Below are positions 58,865-64,000 of a DNA stretch of 64,000 nt, in pieces. Source of the stretch: Candidatus Eiseniibacteriota bacterium (lineage in GTDB: Bacteria; Eisenbacteria; RBG-16-71-46); the NCBI GenBank assembly GCA_963717505.1, contig OY970342.1, positions 1-64,000 on the forward strand, given 5' to 3'. The first letter of the stretch is position 1. The number at the start of each line of letters is the position of its first letter. The position numbers and the translations under genes are program-made. The notes under the pieces are model-generated. The model worked only from the letters and a program-made list of their open reading frames with translations, was not told the DNA's origin and did not search any database.

Positions 58865-59476
58865 ATGCAACTCGGCAAGCGAATACGGGACTTGAGGTTC
58901 CGTCGGGGACTGACCGTTCAGCAGCTGGCCGATGCCAGCGGTCTCTCCAAAGGATTCATCAGTCAGGTCGAGAACGACCGCACGTCTCCCTCCCTGGCAA
59001 CACTTCGGGACCTCGCCCGGGCACTGGAAACATCGATCGCGTTCCTGGTGGTCGAGGAGGACGCGCACCCGCATGTCGTGCGGTGGCGCGACCGCCCGAA
59101 ATTCCATTTCGGCTCGAATGGGGCCGCGGTCGAGATCCTCTCGGCTCAACCGCGTCGCCAGGTCGAGGTCCTCATGACCGAACTACCCCCCGGAACGACA
59201 ACCCGCGGTAATCGCCCCAGCGACCAGGGCGAAGTCTGCGTCGTCATCGTCGACGGCAAAGTTCAGCTCACCTGTGGTGACCACTCGGTGATTCTCGAGG
59301 GCGGCGACTCCTGTCACTTCGACGGGCGAGTGCCTCACGCGTTCGAGAATTGCGGCACGGGCACGGCCCGTGTACTGATTGCAGCCACACCGGCGATCCT
59401 CGAGCCCAGTGTTCGCGTCGAGGGCGTCGGGGCGCCAGCGTCCAACGGCAAGCCCGTGGAGGTCGAGGTCACCTAG
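58865..59476 (+). CDS. XRE-family HTH regulator with a C-terminal cupin domain (PuuR/SutR-like)
   Basis: HTH LGKRIR.LR..RGLT..QLA..SGLS..FISQVE...SPSL and cupin E...V..G......L.GGDS..F....PH. Confidence 0.88.
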   Translation: MQLGKRIRDLRFRRGLTVQQLADASGLSKGFISQVENDRTSPSLATLRDLARALETSIAFLVVEEDAHPHVVRWRDRPKFHFGSNGAAVEILSAQPRRQVEVLMTELPPGTTTRGNRPSDQGEVCVVIVDGKVQLTCGDHSVILEGGDSCHFDGRVPHAFENCGTGTARVLIAATPAILEPSVRVEGVGAPASNGKPVEVEVT

Positions 59477-59503
59477 GACTCGTCGCACACGGATTGAACC
59501 GCG

Positions 59504-59527
59504 ACGGCGGCTCCGATGAGCCGCCGT
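59504..59527 (+). terminator. Hairpin after the XRE regulator, probable terminator
   Basis: ACGGCGGCTC-CGAT-GAGCCGCCGT followed by TCTCGTT. Confidence 0.5.
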
Positions 59528-59609
59528 TCTCGTTGCTCATCGGGCGCCGTGCGCACTCGGTTTCGGACACACGCCACTTTCCACGCGATCGGAACGAACG
59601 AGCAACGGA

Positions 59610-60920
59610 ATGCCACTTCGGGCGGTTTGGCACGATCTGCGGGACGCGACCCGATTGTTCTCGCCTCCCGCGCGACGATTCCTGCTTGCGATCTCGCTCG
59701 CGTGGGGCGGACACGGCGTCGCGCAGGTTCTGTTCAACCTGTACCTGGTCGAAGCCGGATTTCGCGAAGCGTTCGTCGGGCAGGCCGTGTCGCTCAACGG
59801 GCTCGGCCTGGCGATCATGGCGCTCCCCGCCGGAGTGCTGGCCGACCGGTGGGGCCGGCGACCCTGTCTGATCCTCGGCGCGCTGCTCGACGGCGCCGGC
59901 ATGTGGGCGCGCGCCGCCTCGCCGATCCCGGAAGTGATCGCGAGCGCGAGTTTCGTCGCCGGCGCCGGACAGGCCTTGCTGGCGATCGCGGCGCTGCCCT
60001 TCCTGACCGAGAACTCGACGCCTCGCGAGCGGACCTATCTCTTCAGCAGCTTCATCGCTGTCGAGCTGGCGGCCGGCGTAGTCGGAAGTGTCGTCGGCGG
60101 CTGGATCCCCAACGCGTTGCGAGCCCTGCCTCCAGGGTTTGCCCCCGATCTGCTCCACGCCTACCGATACACGCTGGTGCTCGGGGCCACGCTCGGCCTG
60201 TCGGCGGCGGTCCCGCTGCTCGGGCTTCCGCCCGGGCACGGGGCGGGCGGGCGGCCCGAGCCGCCGCCCCCGCTCCAAACCGGACTGCGCGACCTGTCGC
60301 TGATGGCGGTCATGTTCTTCATGATCGGATTCGGCGCCGGGCTCGTGATTCCGTTCATGAATCTTTATTTTGCCTCGCGTTTCAGTTGTTCGAGCGCGCA
60401 GATCGGCGTGTTCTTCGCGGTCGCGCAGTCGCTCACGGCGGTGGCCGCCATGGTCGCTCCGATCCTGGCGCGCACCTTCGGGGCGCTTCGCACCGCCACC
60501 GCGATGCAGCTGCTCTCGCTTCCCTTCCTGGTCACGTTGGGCTTCGAACGTCACCTGAACGTGGCGGTGGCGGCGTTCTGCATTCGCGCCACCCTGATGC
60601 AGGCAGCCTCACCCCTCCTTCAGGCGTTCGTCATGGAGGTGCTCCCCTCGCGCCTGCGCGCCCGGGCGGCGAGCGTCAACAACCTGGTATGGAACTTCGG
60701 CTGGGCGACCAGCGCAACCGTGAGCGGCTGGATCATCCAGGAATTCGGGTACGCCACGCCGTTCTACATCACGGCAGGCCTCTACGGTTCCGCGAGCCTC
60801 TACTTCTACTCGGTGTTTCGAAAGCGCCGGCCGGCGGAAGAAGCTCGGCCACCGGACCCAGAGGCCCTGATGCCCGAGGAGGCGAAGGGGCTGCGCGGCG
60901 AGGGGCCGTTCACCGAGTAG
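59610..60920 (+). CDS. MFS transporter
   Basis: MFS motif A GVLADRWGRR and about 12 TM helices. Confidence 0.88.
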   Translation: MPLRAVWHDLRDATRLFSPPARRFLLAISLAWGGHGVAQVLFNLYLVEAGFREAFVGQAVSLNGLGLAIMALPAGVLADRWGRRPCLILGALLDGAGMWARAASPIPEVIASASFVAGAGQALLAIAALPFLTENSTPRERTYLFSSFIAVELAAGVVGSVVGGWIPNALRALPPGFAPDLLHAYRYTLVLGATLGLSAAVPLLGLPPGHGAGGRPEPPPPLQTGLRDLSLMAVMFFMIGFGAGLVIPFMNLYFASRFSCSSAQIGVFFAVAQSLTAVAAMVAPILARTFGALRTATAMQLLSLPFLVTLGFERHLNVAVAAFCIRATLMQAASPLLQAFVMEVLPSRLRARAASVNNLVWNFGWATSATVSGWIIQEFGYATPFYITAGLYGSASLYFYSVFRKRRPAEEARPPDPEALMPEEAKGLRGEGPFTE

Positions 60921-61031
60921 CCCGGATCGGCCTTCCCGCAGCGGCGTGCGTCGGGCTGGCGAGCGGACCCGGCTCGTCCTACGATAGGCGCCGCGCCAGG
61001 GGATGGCGCGCGACTGAGCCAGGGAGGTTCC

Positions 61032-61421
61032 ATGAAGAAACTGGTCATGCTGGTCCTGTTCGGGGCCGCGATCTGGGTGGCGTGGAAACAATGGCCCACC
61101 CTGTTCGACCGCAGACCGATGCACGAAGTGGTCGTGAGCAACGAGACGCCCTACTCGATCGAACGCCTGCGCGTCTCCATCGGCACGAGGACCTTTGTCG
61201 AGGACACGCTCGGCGCCGGCAAGACGTTCCGCTTTCCCTTCGCGTCGAACGGGGACTCGGAAATCCGGATGGTGTGGGAATGGACCCACAAGATCGGCGA
61301 GGCCCACTGGAGCGGTGGTCGCATCGCCTCCGGGCCGGAAGTCCAGCGCCATCGGATCCGAATCGACCCGGATGGCGGGGTGGTCTACGTCGCAGAGCCG
61401 AAGGTTGGGATGGAACGCTGA
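61032..61421 (+). CDS. Small membrane-anchored hypothetical protein
   Basis: GGGAGG RBS, an N-terminal TM/signal segment and a beta-rich body. Confidence 0.65.
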   Translation: MKKLVMLVLFGAAIWVAWKQWPTLFDRRPMHEVVVSNETPYSIERLRVSIGTRTFVEDTLGAGKTFRFPFASNGDSEIRMVWEWTHKIGEAHWSGGRIASGPEVQRHRIRIDPDGGVVYVAEPKVGMER

Positions 61422-61422
61422 T

Positions 61423-63144
61423 TCAGCGACGGCTCGCCAGAAATTCGCCGACGACCACGGCATAGACGACGTCGGCGCCGGACTCGAATACCGGCACCAG
61501 CTCGCGCACGCCGGCGAGATCGACGCGCACGCGCGCTGCAGTCGCGGGGTCGAATTCGCCGTAACGAACCACAACGTAGCGAGTGCCGGCCTCGACCAGG
61601 GCTTTGATCGCCTCCGGATCGGGGAAGGTCTGCATCAGGGATCGGAACGCTTCGTGCGCGGGCGTCGAAAACCCGCTGATGCCGTCCACCCGGCGCTTGC
61701 CGTGGTAGAGGATCCAGACCTGGCGCCGCGCGTCGCGCTCGCCTTCCTCGGCTTCGCTCGCCGGCATCGGCAGCTCGAGAATCGCGAAGTCACCGGGTTG
61801 CCGCGCGAGCCATTGATGGGTCTCGGGCATGTCCTCGGCGGTCGGCGGGTCGACGCGCGGGATGGGTGACGACCACGCCAGGAGCACGGCCACGCCCAAG
61901 ACTCCCGCGAACCAGGCCGCGCGCGCCGCACCACCCGCCAGGCGCGATCGAATCGCGTCATACCCCCACGCGGCGAACACCAACACGGCAATCAAGAGGA
62001 GTCCAGCGAAACGACCGGGAGCGCGCATCGCGGTGAATCCTGGAATCACGAAGTAGAGCATCGCGTACGGCAAGGGAATGAAGAACCGCCGGCCCGCCAC
62101 CTGGAGGATCGGCCCGAGCGACAGCACGAACGACACGAGGCCGAGCACGCCCAGCGCCCGCGCGACGGCGGCCGCGGAGACGCCCGGCGCCGAAAGCGTC
62201 GTCGAGCCGCGTCGCACGGACAGAACACCCACGATTGCGAGCAGCAGTGCCACCGCGCCGACGGCGTACGCGAGATCGCCGGTCGGGAGCTTCAGCAGTC
62301 GCGCGACCGCGTTCTCCTCATTGACTCGGAAGTAGTCGAACAGATCCGCCGAGTAGAGCGCCGCCTTGCCGAGCGTGCGCTGGAAGCCTTCGAGCGTCGA
62401 GTGCTGGCGCCAATAGGGCCAGGCCCCCGGCGCCATCACGAGCAGGGCCGCCACGCCAGCGATGAGCAACCGCACCCACGGCAACGGCCTGAGGCCCGGG
62501 GCCCGTTCGCGCCACATCCAGAGCCCGAGAATCCCGAATGCCATGGCGATGTGGAACGCGTAATACCAGCCCAGGTACGACTGGATCGCGAGCACGGCGG
62601 CGCCCCAGGCCAGATCACGCGTGCGGCCGCGCGAGGCGAACTTGAGTCCGAACAGCAACGCCACGGGAATCAGTTGAGTCTGCAGTTGGTTCAGATTCCC
62701 CAGGTTGCTCATGCGATAGGGACTCGCGACGTAGAGGAGCCCGCACGCGAACGCCCCGGCGCGCGACACGCCGAGCCAGCGAACCAGCCGGTAGAACGCC
62801 CAGCCACTGAGCGCGAACGACAGCAAGACGAGACTGTTGTAGGCCGCGACCAGCCCGGCCGTGGCTGCGACCGGGGCCGCGAGCAGCGCCTCGCCCAGAA
62901 GGTGATCCATGTAGGTCAGCGTGAGCGGCTCGGGATGGAAGATCGGCGCGTCGAACACGCCGGGCAGCCCGGTCGCGAGCCGGTGGAGGTCCCAGCCCAG
63001 GATGAAGAACTGGATCTGCGGATCGACCGGGTCGAACACCGCCGGCAGCGACCGGGTGAAGTGGGCGGCGAGCGGCCAGGTGAACGCCAGTCCGGCGAGC
63101 ACGAAACCCGGCAGGACCGCAAAGCTCGCGAGCGAGCGCTTCAC
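61423..63144 (-). CDS. Polytopic membrane protein, YfhO/GT-C-like
   Basis: The GTG start overlaps the upstream stop. FDAPIFHPEP.TLTY after TM1, MRAPGRF, and a C-terminal soluble domain with LELP..HGK..VDG.SG. Confidence 0.6.
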   Translation of the reverse strand: MKRSLASFAVLPGFVLAGLAFTWPLAAHFTRSLPAVFDPVDPQIQFFILGWDLHRLATGLPGVFDAPIFHPEPLTLTYMDHLLGEALLAAPVAATAGLVAAYNSLVLLSFALSGWAFYRLVRWLGVSRAGAFACGLLYVASPYRMSNLGNLNQLQTQLIPVALLFGLKFASRGRTRDLAWGAAVLAIQSYLGWYYAFHIAMAFGILGLWMWRERAPGLRPLPWVRLLIAGVAALLVMAPGAWPYWRQHSTLEGFQRTLGKAALYSADLFDYFRVNEENAVARLLKLPTGDLAYAVGAVALLLAIVGVLSVRRGSTTLSAPGVSAAAVARALGVLGLVSFVLSLGPILQVAGRRFFIPLPYAMLYFVIPGFTAMRAPGRFAGLLLIAVLVFAAWGYDAIRSRLAGGAARAAWFAGVLGVAVLLAWSSPIPRVDPPTAEDMPETHQWLARQPGDFAILELPMPASEAEEGERDARRQVWILYHGKRRVDGISGFSTPAHEAFRSLMQTFPDPEAIKALVEAGTRYVVVRYGEFDPATAARVRVDLAGVRELVPVFESGADVVYAVVVGEFLASRR

Positions 63145-63914
63145 GACGCGGCGTCGCGCACCTTGCGCCCGACTCCCAGGTGCCCGACGACGTCGCGGGG
63201 GTTGAAGAACACGCGATCCAGCAGGTGGAAGAACAGTTGGAGCACGATGTACAGCACCCGCACCGGGATCTCGGTGAGCACACGCGTCGGACCACGGTTG
63301 ATGCTGTTGAGCCCGCCGATCAGGTTCATACCGACACGACTCCACAGTCCGCCGATCGGGATGAACTCGACCGGCTCGAATCCGGCCTGGCGCATGAGGA
63401 GGGCCGCGCCGTAGCGCGTGAACCGAAAGTAGTCATGCGGCTCGTCGTGGAGCGGCACGTTCTGCGTGAACTCGAGCAGCAGCACGCCACCCGGGCGCAG
63501 CACGCGGTTGGCTTCTCGCAGCATCGCGACCGGCTCCTCGAGGTAGGTGAGCATCGACAAGCCGAGCACGGTGTCCATGCTCGCGTCGCGGATCGGCAGG
63601 GCCTCGGCACGCGCCCAGGCGTCGGGCGGCCGGCCGACCACGAAGATCGAGCCGCGCAGGTCGGTGCCCCAGTAGCGATCGACCCGACCCTCGAACAGCG
63701 AGGCGTACGGCCGCGAGCCACAACCGACATCGAGCAGCTGTCCCCGCGCGTGGACCCGCCCTCGTTCGATCGCGCAAATGTTGCGATGAGCGATCAGCCA
63801 ACCGTACTTCCAAAAGTGCCACTTCCCGCGCGGCGCACTGCTGTGACGGTGCCACCATTGGACGACGGACGAGCTGGATGGTCGCGGCGACTGCGGGGTC
63901 GCGTTCAATGGCAC
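63141..63914 (-). CDS. Class I SAM-dependent methyltransferase (type 11)
   Basis: Motifs LLDVGCG, LP..D.S.D, RVLRPGG and HDEPHDYFRFT.YG. Confidence 0.85.
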   Translation of the reverse strand: MPLNATPQSPRPSSSSVVQWWHRHSSAPRGKWHFWKYGWLIAHRNICAIERGRVHARGQLLDVGCGSRPYASLFEGRVDRYWGTDLRGSIFVVGRPPDAWARAEALPIRDASMDTVLGLSMLTYLEEPVAMLREANRVLRPGGVLLLEFTQNVPLHDEPHDYFRFTRYGAALLMRQAGFEPVEFIPIGGLWSRVGMNLIGGLNSINRGPTRVLTEIPVRVLYIVLQLFFHLLDRVFFNPRDVVGHLGVGRKVRDAAS

Positions 63915-64000
63915 TCCAGGAGGTAGTCGCCAACGCCGAGCCGGGCGGTCACCGTTCCGTCGTCGAGCGACAGCTCGGCGGCATCGGCGCTGCGCGTCTC
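63905..64000 (-). CDS. 3' end of an upstream gene entering from the right edge
   Basis: Open frame ...ETRSADAAELSLDDGTVTARLGVGDYLLECH* ends in a TGA that overlaps the methyltransferase start. Confidence 0.4.
   Translation of the reverse strand, partial: ETRSADAAELSLDDGTVTARLGVGDYLLECH

Overview
High-GC, gene-dense bacterial chromosomal window from a diderm: it has Omp85 and lipoprotein genes. A secreted protein with a C-terminal FlgD-Ig/T9SS-like tail suggests an FCB-related candidate lineage such as Eisenbacteria, but that is inference. Content is mostly housekeeping: partial tyrS, PBP1A, a nucleoside catabolism operon (alr-deoB-cdd-deoC-pdp-Omp85-like), mazG, NDH-2, a patch of small accessory genes with one pseudogene, rlmI-like/speB/speD with a strongly acidic leader gene and tRNA-Asp, a peptidoglycan-recycling operon (murQ-ABC-anmK-SpoIID), mutM, a divergent DEAD-box helicase, a sensor-less sigma54 activator, moaC/moeA/mobA, lysA, a heterodimeric ABC exporter, an MFS transporter and GT-C-like membrane proteins. 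No integrase, transposase or CRISPR array was seen. Four observations stand out. (1) etfB-etfA leads directly into nuoA-H-J-K-L-M-N, the complete membrane arm of complex I with every peripheral subunit gene (B,C,D,E,F,G,I) absent. (2) DeoC carries an N-terminal microcompartment encapsulation-peptide-like helix inside a deoxynucleoside catabolism operon. (3) A 74-aa protein of about 60% Asp/Glu is apparently co-transcribed with a SpeD homolog that may be an arginine decarboxylase feeding the adjacent agmatinase. (4) A +1 frameshift fuses moeA to the next gene. Product calls come from motif recognition by eye; no database searches were run.
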